A stretch of 64,000 nt of DNA from Candidatus Magasanikbacteria bacterium CG10_big_fil_rev_8_21_14_0_10_47_10 (GTDB taxonomy: Bacteria > Patescibacteriota > Patescibacteriia > Magasanikbacterales > UBA922). The stretch lies in contig PFCB01000023.1 in NCBI GenBank assembly GCA_002773135.1, forward strand, positions 1,018-65,017, written 5' to 3'. The translations under genes were made by a program, and so were the position numbers. The notes under the pieces were generated by a model. That model worked only from the letters and a program-made list of their open reading frames with translations, was not told where the DNA came from and did no database searches. This document shows, in pieces, positions 50,046-58,307 of this stretch; the stretch's first letter is position 1, and every line of letters begins with the position of its first letter.

Positions 50046-50876
50046 ATGGATAATCCGATCATCCTGAAAATTTCCGCCATTACCCAGGAGAACCCGCACG
50101 TCAAAACGTTTTGGTTTGACTACGAGCTGCCGAGTAAGCCGGGACAATTTGTCATGCTGTGGCTGCCCGGGGTGGATCAAAAACCCATTTCCATTGCGTA
50201 TGATACCGGCGAGTGCTTTGGCCTCTCTATTTTTGCCGTCGGGCCAATGACCCAACAGCTTTTTGCGCTCAAACGCGGGGATAAACTCGGGATCACAGGC
50301 CCATACGGCAATCCATTTTCTGTCCGCGAAAATACGCGCTATATCATGGTCGCGGGCGGCTATGGCGCCGGACCGCTTGGACTGCTCACCGAGCGGCTGG
50401 CAGGCAAACAATCCCCTGTCGACTTTTGCGTTGGCGCACGAAGCCGAGATTTGCTACTATTTGAAGAGCGGATAGAAAAAATCCCCTATGCCACGGTACA
50501 TGTATCCACCAACGACGGCAGCAAAGGCCACAAAGGGTATGTGACCGAGATCCTTGAAAAACTTCTATCTGACAAATATCCATCGCCTCCTTTCGGAGAT
50601 ACCGATACAACCCAAAAGATTTTGGTTTGTACCTGTGGCCCTGAAATGATGGAAAAAGCCGTCCTAAACCTGTGCACCAAATACAACGTAGACTGCCAAA
50701 TCAGTGTGGAGCGATATATGAAGTGCGGATTTAACATCTGTGGCCAATGCTGTGTGGATCCGCTGGGAATCCCCATGTGCAGCGTTGGGCCGGTTATTGA
50801 CCGCGAGACAGCAAACAAAATCACCGAGTTCGGGCTGTATCACAGAGACAAGGCCGGACGGAAGGTAGAATATTAA
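50046..50876 (+). CDS. pyrK: Dihydroorotate dehydrogenase electron transfer subunit
   Basis: PGQFVM, GPYGNPF, CGPE.M, MKCG...CGQC..C (2Fe-2S). Confidence 0.93.
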   Translation: MDNPIILKISAITQENPHVKTFWFDYELPSKPGQFVMLWLPGVDQKPISIAYDTGECFGLSIFAVGPMTQQLFALKRGDKLGITGPYGNPFSVRENTRYIMVAGGYGAGPLGLLTERLAGKQSPVDFCVGARSRDLLLFEERIEKIPYATVHVSTNDGSKGHKGYVTEILEKLLSDKYPSPPFGDTDTTQKILVCTCGPEMMEKAVLNLCTKYNVDCQISVERYMKCGFNICGQCCVDPLGIPMCSVGPVIDRETANKITEFGLYHRDKAGRKVEY

Positions 50877-51064
50877 ACAGTCCATTTCATTTAGTATAAT
50901 TGACGCATATGTTTAAATGACGTGGTGGTTGACTCAATCGTGAGCAAACTCGAAGCGTTAGAGGATTTTGCAACAAAAGCAGGAGATGAAGCAAAAAAAA
51001 TAAAGGGAAGATAGTAGCCGCGATTCAAGAAGAAAAAGGACGCTATACCTAACAGAGCCCCCGT

Positions 51065-51676
51065 ATGCCCCGCGTACTCGACATTCTCAAACAAGTCGGC
51101 GCTCTACTGACCGACGACCACTTTGTTGGAACGTCCGGCCGGCACATTGGCACGTATATCAACAAAGACATGCTGTTCCCGCACACAGCCGTAACGTCTG
51201 AAGTGTGTGCCATGTTCGCCGAGAGGCACGCGCACCTGCCCATTGATGTCGTCGCGGCTCCTGCCATGGGAGGCATTATTCTCTCTCAATGGACAGCGTA
51301 CCACCTTTCAAAAATGACCGGACGCGAGATTCTGAGTGTGTACGCAGAGAAAAAAAACAACGTGCTCACCTTTACCAGAGGCTACGACAGCTACGTCCAC
51401 GGAAAAAAAGTATTGGTGATTGAAGATCTCACTACCACGGGTGGATCGTTACAGGCAGTCATCGAGCTGGTCCGGCGGGCGGGCGGAGAACCGATCGCCG
51501 CGTCTGTCATGGTCAACAAAGACCCAAAACAGGTAACACAAGAGACAGTTGGTGTGCCCTTTTCACCACTTGCCGAAGTGGAGGTTGCATCATATGACGC
51601 GTCCGAATGCCCGCTATGCAAGCAAGGCGTGCCTGTCAACACAACAATTGGACATGGAAAAAACTTTTTAGCTTAA
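51065..51676 (+). CDS. pyrE: Orotate phosphoribosyltransferase
   Basis: HFVGTSGRH, PAMGG, VLVIEDLTTTGGS. Confidence 0.9.
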   Translation: MPRVLDILKQVGALLTDDHFVGTSGRHIGTYINKDMLFPHTAVTSEVCAMFAERHAHLPIDVVAAPAMGGIILSQWTAYHLSKMTGREILSVYAEKKNNVLTFTRGYDSYVHGKKVLVIEDLTTTGGSLQAVIELVRRAGGEPIAASVMVNKDPKQVTQETVGVPFSPLAEVEVASYDASECPLCKQGVPVNTTIGHGKNFLA

Positions 51677-51683
51677 AACACAT

Positions 51684-52454
51684 ATGAAAACCTACGCAGA
51701 ACGCGCCGCCTTGTGCACAAATCCAACAGCAAAAGCACTTTTTACGCTGATGGAAGAACAACAGACAAATCTTTGCCTGTCCGCGGACATTATTGAAAAG
51801 GAAAAATTTCTAGCGTTGGTTGACGCGGTCGGCCCCTCCGTTTGCGTGGTCAAGACGCATATAGACATGATGGATGACTTTGACACAACAACCATTGTGC
51901 AGCTTCAGCGGCTCGCTGAAAAGCATGCTTTTCTTATTTTTGAAGATAGAAAATTTGCTGACATTGGCAACACAGTAAAACATCAGTACCAAAACGGCAT
52001 GTACAATATTGCCGACTGGGCGCATATAATCAACGCGCACGCGCTGCCGGGTCCGGGCGCGATTGAAGGTCTCAAAGAAGTAGGTTTGCATAAAGGCAGG
52101 GGCTTGCTGCTTATCGCGCAAATGAGTCCTGTTGGAAATTTGGCAACTGATGGCTACACAGACAAGACAGTACAAATGGGAAAAGAACAGTCTGACTTTG
52201 TTATCGGTTTTATCAGCAATGAAAAATTAACTGACGACGAACGCTTTGTGCATATGACTCCGGGCGTAAAGCTGGAAGCGGGCGCGGACGGGCTTGGTCA
52301 AGTATACAAAACGCCAGCCTCTGTGATCAAAGATCACGGCAGTGATGTTATCATTGTTGGCCGCGGTATTTACGAAGCAGACAATCCTACGCAGGCAGCC
52401 ATAGCATATCGAGACGCGGGCTGGGATGCCTACAGAGCGAGACTGAAAGCGTAG
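51684..52454 (+). CDS. pyrF: Orotidine 5'-phosphate decarboxylase (URA3-like)
   Basis: KTHID, FEDRKFADIGNTV, TPGV, DVIIVGRGI. Confidence 0.95.
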   Translation: MKTYAERAALCTNPTAKALFTLMEEQQTNLCLSADIIEKEKFLALVDAVGPSVCVVKTHIDMMDDFDTTTIVQLQRLAEKHAFLIFEDRKFADIGNTVKHQYQNGMYNIADWAHIINAHALPGPGAIEGLKEVGLHKGRGLLLIAQMSPVGNLATDGYTDKTVQMGKEQSDFVIGFISNEKLTDDERFVHMTPGVKLEAGADGLGQVYKTPASVIKDHGSDVIIVGRGIYEADNPTQAAIAYRDAGWDAYRARLKA

Positions 52455-52482
52455 CCCGGAGGGTTTTTTGGTTCGCTACTTT

Positions 52483-55293
52483 CTATAAATTGGTATCAAC
52501 TTTGGTGACCGTTACAGCAGGATGCTCGGTCGTCCCGCTAACCTGCAGCAAAAAGCTGCCATGCACGTCCTCTGGAAATCCGTGCTTGATGTCAATATTC
52601 CTGTTGCTATCGATCACTTGTACGCCAGCTGTTTTTGCGCGCGCGCTTGCGTGAACCATTGCCGTGCGTGCCACGTCTCTATCAATACCAAAGTGCTCTG
52701 TAAGCGCTGTAAGAATGCCGGCCTCAATTCCTTCACCACCCGAAAGCCGGATTTTGTATCCATCTCGACTACCAGGGAGTTGCTGAATGGCAATACCCTT
52801 GTACGCGCGTTCACGCTTATGATCAGTATCCGGTACTATCTGATCAAGGCGCGTCGTGGCAAACTGCCTGCGGCTATCCGCGTGGCGTAATATAACGCCG
52901 CCCTTCTCATCACCAGAGGGACCAAGCACAATATACCTCTTGCCATTATACGTCACATATTGACCCTCTATGAATGTGACGGGCTTTTCACCCAGCTGCT
53001 GCAGAATAAATGTTTTGTCGCTATGCTGCGGCAATGCTTCAACCGATTCCTTTTTTTCTGACGTCGGCGCCGCCATGGCGTCTTGCGCAACACCTGCGTC
53101 ACGGTCTTCTGATACTTCCGCGTCTTCTACCACGCCAAGCAGATCGCTTTGCTCTTTGACCGGCTCCTCGGGTATGATTTCCGGGGCAGGCACGGGCGTT
53201 TCAATCTGTGCCGCCACAGAAGGCTCCGGCGGCGCTTCATACGCGGACTGCAATGGCGCAACATCGCCTCGCACTGCGGAAGCCAACCCAATCGCCTGCG
53301 CCCAACGACGGAAAAATCGGGGTCGTTTTTTGACTGGCTCCGGCACGCGCACTCCCCGCTCTGTGTCTTCGATCGCGCGCATCGCAATATCAATATTTTC
53401 CGGCCAAATAATACGCTTCTCTTCTCCGGCAACCATCTTTTTTTGGCGACTCCAAGCGCGAGCGAGGCGCAAAAATTCCGCTGAGTGGGCAATTTGTTCC
53501 CACATTTGAGGCGCATCCTGCGCTGACTTCCGAATATACTCATTCGCCTCTAAGACGCCTTTTTCAAAATGAATCTGATCAATCTGCGCGAGCGTGGACA
53601 TAATCTGATATGGAATTTTTTCCGTATCAACCAGCTCCAGAAGTCGAGGACCTCGGCGTGATTCTGCTCGGGCTTGTTCAAGAACCACCGCCGGCATCTG
53701 CACTGTTTCGCCGGACACAGCAGAATGAGCCGGTTGTTCCTCAATGCTCGGTGGCCTTTCAAGTTCTCGCTTCAAGTGCATGGGTTCAATGCCTGTTGGC
53801 ACGGCGATGACTTTTGGCAGGGGCACAAGCTCCGGCACCGGAATATTCCCGCCCATTTGAAATTGCCTGGCAGGCGGCGGGACAGCATTCTCTGGCAGCT
53901 CCGACTCAATGCCCGGGTGCTGGGAAAAGTGTGGTTGAACCGGACCTGCAGGCGTTATGTGTTCGCGAAGTCGCGCGACTCTATCTGCATCCAATCCCGC
54001 CGGTGGCGTTTGCTCCACATCCGACATTTCAACAATACTACTCCCTGACACAGATGGTTCCGCATCTGGAGGTGGCACAGGTCGTACGGATATTGCATCT
54101 TGCCTGGCTCGCGCGGCAGCGGGCGGCGCCCCCAACTCCGGTGGCCTGGTTTCCTCGAGTTTACCTAAAAATCCCACCGATGGAGCGGGTTCAGGTGTAT
54201 CTTCGCCAAGCAGTGCGACCTGTGCTTCTTCCTCAGGCGTAAGGCGTAACGCTGGCATTGTGCCGGGAACCGTTTTAGTCAGTCCGGGCAGCACGACCGG
54301 AGGCGGTACAATTTCCTTTTGCTCTGTTTCTTCTTTGTCACCACCTATACCCTCCAATAAAATTTCAATTTCGCCTGTTGTCATGGCTGTTTTAGGACGC
54401 ATGCTGCCGGAGGTCTGTACCGGCGGTCTTGCCTTTTGCGCCGCCTTAATGCTTTCATCCACTCCTGCCAACAGATGATCGATTTCTCCGGAAGCCAATT
54501 TAATACGCTGCCCCAATTTCCCTTCTTCCAGCTCGGCAATAATAATTTGAGCATCTTGCATCAGGTCCTCCGCCTTTTGTATATTTCCATTTTTAAAGAA
54601 AATTCTTGCCTGCCCGATCTTGCCATTGATTTCAGCGATCCTTTGGTCAATTTCTTCGCTATCCGCAACAGGCATGGTGGGTAGCCTAAATTCACGAAAA
54701 TTTTTCACACGGGCCCACAGGCTTGCTTCAAGTTGATCAAACAATTCCGTGTTTTGTATATTTTTTTCGTTCTTTTGCTCCATTGACTCCATCAACCGCG
54801 CGTACTCTTCATCTGTCATCTGTACATCGGGTCGAGGGCGCGGCTTTGCACCCAGCGGTCGCAACGCGGGACGCGCAGATACGTCTGGCGGAATTGGCGG
54901 CGGCTGGACAGCCGGTACTGCAGCCGCCATAGCGTTTTCATCACCCGTTGCAATACTTCGTCTCACCTCATCAATCGCTGTTTTTGTTGCCATTGACCCG
55001 GGCGTGTCCTGCTTTGGCAATGACTCCGCCATAAAATGTCTGCCTACTTCACGGGTAATGCTTTCAATAACGTTTTCAACAACGCTCCATTGTTTTTTGT
55101 CCTCGCATAACTTCTCTGTGTCATCTATTCGCTTTATCAACTCTCCATATCGTCTATCTCCCTTTGCGTTGCTTTCAACCAAAATACGCAGCCCTTCCAA
55201 CTGGGCCAACAAATTATCTCTTTTTTTCAATTCAGCCGAAACAATCTCCACCAACTCTTGGGTTGATCTGCGCGGATCTTTTTTGTCTGCCAT
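52483..55293 (-). CDS. Large Pro/Glu-rich hypothetical protein
   Basis: 936-aa ORF; helical N-terminus, disordered middle, small beta-rich C-terminal region. Confidence 0.8.
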   Translation of the reverse strand: MADKKDPRRSTQELVEIVSAELKKRDNLLAQLEGLRILVESNAKGDRRYGELIKRIDDTEKLCEDKKQWSVVENVIESITREVGRHFMAESLPKQDTPGSMATKTAIDEVRRSIATGDENAMAAAVPAVQPPPIPPDVSARPALRPLGAKPRPRPDVQMTDEEYARLMESMEQKNEKNIQNTELFDQLEASLWARVKNFREFRLPTMPVADSEEIDQRIAEINGKIGQARIFFKNGNIQKAEDLMQDAQIIIAELEEGKLGQRIKLASGEIDHLLAGVDESIKAAQKARPPVQTSGSMRPKTAMTTGEIEILLEGIGGDKEETEQKEIVPPPVVLPGLTKTVPGTMPALRLTPEEEAQVALLGEDTPEPAPSVGFLGKLEETRPPELGAPPAAARARQDAISVRPVPPPDAEPSVSGSSIVEMSDVEQTPPAGLDADRVARLREHITPAGPVQPHFSQHPGIESELPENAVPPPARQFQMGGNIPVPELVPLPKVIAVPTGIEPMHLKRELERPPSIEEQPAHSAVSGETVQMPAVVLEQARAESRRGPRLLELVDTEKIPYQIMSTLAQIDQIHFEKGVLEANEYIRKSAQDAPQMWEQIAHSAEFLRLARAWSRQKKMVAGEEKRIIWPENIDIAMRAIEDTERGVRVPEPVKKRPRFFRRWAQAIGLASAVRGDVAPLQSAYEAPPEPSVAAQIETPVPAPEIIPEEPVKEQSDLLGVVEDAEVSEDRDAGVAQDAMAAPTSEKKESVEALPQHSDKTFILQQLGEKPVTFIEGQYVTYNGKRYIVLGPSGDEKGGVILRHADSRRQFATTRLDQIVPDTDHKRERAYKGIAIQQLPGSRDGYKIRLSGGEGIEAGILTALTEHFGIDRDVARTAMVHASARAKTAGVQVIDSNRNIDIKHGFPEDVHGSFLLQVSGTTEHPAVTVTKVDTNL

Positions 55294-55374
55294 ATGATAG
55301 TAAAAGGAAGCTCAACAATTTCTCATATCATACCATACAAAAAAGCCCCAAGAAAGGGCTTTTTCAATACATGC

Positions 55375-56868
55375 TTATTGTGCCGCCTCACTGTCCTCCT
55401 GCTCCCCAGTGGCGGCTCTCTCACGCACAGGAGGCTCTTTCTTCACTCGCTCCCTTTGCTCTTCCATATACTCATCCATTGGTTTCATACTTCCCGTCGG
55501 CATACCTGCCTGATCCATGGCCTGATACAGCCCGGTCGTTGCCTGGACAGGATCAAACGCGCCGGAGGTGGTCTTCAACTCGTCTGATGACAGCTCTGCT
55601 ATTTTAGATATTCCGGGAATCTGAAATGATCTTTTTGGATTCTTTTCTGCAACAGGTGCTGCACCTCTCATAGACACACCAAGCCCTGCATCTACAAATG
55701 ATTGCTTGGTAAGTGTACCACCAAATGACGCTGCGTAGGCAGTATCAATGTCATATGTATCACCAAGACTTTTCCGCTCACCACCGCCGGCACCGTATGT
55801 TTTCTCACCAATTGAAACACCATCTTGATAGACAGCAGCTCGGACACGATTATCATCCTGTTTTATAAACGCGTAGACTTTTCCTTTGAGTTCAAAAACA
55901 GATACTTCGCCAAATGGTGTTTTCAATGGTTTGCCGCTTTTCAGAGCGTCATCAAAACGGGAATCGAATGCACTACCCGGCTCCATAACAAATGGTGTTT
56001 GTCTTGATTCTATGCGTGTTGCAGGCCCTTGCATTTTTTCATATCCTATCGGCATTTTTACATAATCAATACTTTTGTCAGACTGTTGCATTGATGCCAA
56101 ACCCTCAGCGCTTAATTGCTGTTCCACCTGCTTTCCTGTTGCTGAAGCGCGACTTTCTGTACCCATGGCTTGCAGTTGCTGCCCACCGACTCCGGCTCCA
56201 CCAATGGCCGCTGCCATGCCCAGCCCTTGTGCCAATTTTCTGGCAGGGCCTTTTACAGAAATATTCATTGGATTACTTCCCAATTTTTCTTGCAAATATT
56301 TGCCCTTTTGCTTCATTTCAGCCAAGAGCGTGGTCAATTCCCACTTTTCCGGCTCACTGAGCTTATCCATTGCCTTTTGATTTGGATTTTTGAAAAGACC
56401 GAAAAATCTTTTTTTCAGGCTAACAGCACCGTCTTGCGCATCAATGTTAAAACGCTCAAAAATATATTTTTCAATATCATACGCACTTTTTGTTCCATCT
56501 AGAATGCCATCTTTTTCCGCCTGCATAAAATTTTGTGCAGCAGGAGCAACGCGAGATACGTCAGGTCCCTGAAAGATGCGCGCCGCCTCTTCTCGAGAAA
56601 GCATGTTGGCATCCTCTCTTTCAATCCCATGAGCCTCACCAATATCTTCAAGCGAGATCACGGCTTCTTTTGCCTCCTCTTGCATGGCTGCCTCAAGACG
56701 GGCTCTCTGCTTTTGTTCCATGCGCTTTTCTGTCCGGGAGGCAGTTTCCACTGACTGCTCAGCTCTTTTTTTGGCCATACCGGCGGCCAACCCGGCGCTT
56801 TCTCCCGACGGCGTCACTTCCGGTGGAAGCCGGTCTTGCTCCGGCTGTCTTTGCAATTCTGTATTCAT
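55375..56868 (-). CDS. Hypothetical protein
   Basis: Long ORF from MNTELQ; Gly/Ala hydrophobic segment in the middle. Confidence 0.8.
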   Translation of the reverse strand: MNTELQRQPEQDRLPPEVTPSGESAGLAAGMAKKRAEQSVETASRTEKRMEQKQRARLEAAMQEEAKEAVISLEDIGEAHGIEREDANMLSREEAARIFQGPDVSRVAPAAQNFMQAEKDGILDGTKSAYDIEKYIFERFNIDAQDGAVSLKKRFFGLFKNPNQKAMDKLSEPEKWELTTLLAEMKQKGKYLQEKLGSNPMNISVKGPARKLAQGLGMAAAIGGAGVGGQQLQAMGTESRASATGKQVEQQLSAEGLASMQQSDKSIDYVKMPIGYEKMQGPATRIESRQTPFVMEPGSAFDSRFDDALKSGKPLKTPFGEVSVFELKGKVYAFIKQDDNRVRAAVYQDGVSIGEKTYGAGGGERKSLGDTYDIDTAYAASFGGTLTKQSFVDAGLGVSMRGAAPVAEKNPKRSFQIPGISKIAELSSDELKTTSGAFDPVQATTGLYQAMDQAGMPTGSMKPMDEYMEEQRERVKKEPPVRERAATGEQEDSEAAQ

Positions 56869-56880
56869 ACATGTAAAAAA

Positions 56881-56905
56881 TAAGCCCGGCACAGAGCCAG
56901 GCTTA
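56881..56905 (-). terminator. Terminator-like hairpin (copy of the repeated intergenic motif)
   Basis: TAAGCCTGGC-TCTGT-GCCGGGCTTA + T tract on the - strand. Confidence 0.6.
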
Positions 56906-56913
56906 CAAAATAA

Positions 56914-57432
56914 TTATTTTCCACCGCCCATCAATCGTCCGAGAAAGCCCTTTTTTGGCTTTGTTACCATTGACGAGTTCCCCACGTTGAGCACGGTGTC
57001 TTTGGGATTAAGATCAAGCATATCATTTTTTGATCCTCCAAGATCAAGTACGTCACCGGAGTCTTTTGCCGGCGCGTCATCAAGAGAAATGTTCAGATCC
57101 GATGCCACAGATTCAAGTGTCGGTACCGGTTCCATGGATTCATCGGCGCGCGCGGCCATTTCATCGAGCGATTGAAGTGGCTCGGTTTCACCAACATGAG
57201 CGCTTTGCTGTAACGCAGGCATCTCAACGGTCTGTCTTGTTTCCCGCTTCAAGGCTTCTGTGGTGGAAGTTGGCATTTCCTGCGTTGCCTCCATGTCCTC
57301 TGCTTCTGATTCGGCTGGCGGTGGTACTACTTCCGGCATGCCCATTGGCATTGATTCGCCTTCCATAAACCGACGGTTAAACAGTGCTTCATCGCTGCCA
57401 TACTGATAGTTTTTGTGTGAAAACTGTGTCAT
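56914..57432 (-). CDS. Acidic disordered protein with C-terminal amphipathic helix
   Basis: Start MTQFSHKNYQYG; ends KKGFLGRLMGGGK. Confidence 0.75.
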   Translation of the reverse strand: MTQFSHKNYQYGSDEALFNRRFMEGESMPMGMPEVVPPPAESEAEDMEATQEMPTSTTEALKRETRQTVEMPALQQSAHVGETEPLQSLDEMAARADESMEPVPTLESVASDLNISLDDAPAKDSGDVLDLGGSKNDMLDLNPKDTVLNVGNSSMVTKPKKGFLGRLMGGGK

Positions 57433-57474
57433 ATAGGTGTATAAAGCCGGGCATGTGCCGGACATAAATAGGTC

Positions 57475-58134
57475 TTATACTAATTCACTCTCTTCGTTTA
57501 TACCGGCGTCATGCGCTGCTGACATTGCATCTCCGGCATCCAAAAACTGCTCTTCCAACTCTGCCTGGCTTCTGGTCTCTGCCCGCTGTTGTACTGTGTC
57601 CGCGAGCTTCCCCATAAACCGTCTCTGTTCACGTGACATTACATTGGGGTCAATGTCACCAAATTGAGCAAACAGCAGCTCCGGGTCAACCATACCCGGC
57701 GTATTCATAATGGAAGTGAGCTCCGCAAGCCGCTCTTGCGGTGTTTGTTCTACTGATTCCACTGCCTTTCTTGCCTTGTTCAAAGCCTCGGCCGCCTCCT
57801 TTTTATAGGTGGGGTCAATTTGTATACTTGGCTCTGCACGCCCCACGCGCTCATCTTCGTGCTGCATACGCGCAATCTCCGCAAGTGTCTCCGCGCCAAT
57901 GGACGCTTCGTCATTACCGGTAAACGCCTCTTTTCGAATTTTTTCCAGAGCCAACGCAGCGTCACCCTCAGATTGCACCGCTTGCTGTTGTTCAAGCGAG
58001 ACAAATCCTTTTTTTTGTGACGGTGCCACAGGTTCGGGCGCCGGCCGATATCCTCCCTCCGCTTCGCCCAACCCGAGCGCCAACGACCGGGCGCCACAAT
58101 ACTGAAAATTAGTATGAAAGTGTGTTGATGACAT
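57475..58134 (-). CDS. Acidic helical hypothetical protein
   Basis: 219-aa ORF; start MSSTHFHTNFQYCG. Confidence 0.75.
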   Translation of the reverse strand: MSSTHFHTNFQYCGARSLALGLGEAEGGYRPAPEPVAPSQKKGFVSLEQQQAVQSEGDAALALEKIRKEAFTGNDEASIGAETLAEIARMQHEDERVGRAEPSIQIDPTYKKEAAEALNKARKAVESVEQTPQERLAELTSIMNTPGMVDPELLFAQFGDIDPNVMSREQRRFMGKLADTVQQRAETRSQAELEEQFLDAGDAMSAAHDAGINEESELV

Positions 58135-58228
58135 ATTTTGATAAACAAAAACCTGGCAAGGCCAGGCGTTTATGAAATGTATATTTTTCGTTCCTGTCGC
58201 ACGGACATAGGACTCATATTAGGGTGTA

Positions 58229-58257
58229 AGTATAACACAATTTGTGTTTTTTGTCAA
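58229..58257 (-). promoter_or_regulatory. Near-consensus sigma70 promoter of the orphan gene cluster
   Basis: TTGACA-17 nt-TATACT with TGn. Confidence 0.8.
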
Positions 58258-58307
58258 TAGCCGCGATCCTTGATTATTTCAAATATTTTGCTATACTCAG
58301 ACAAAAT

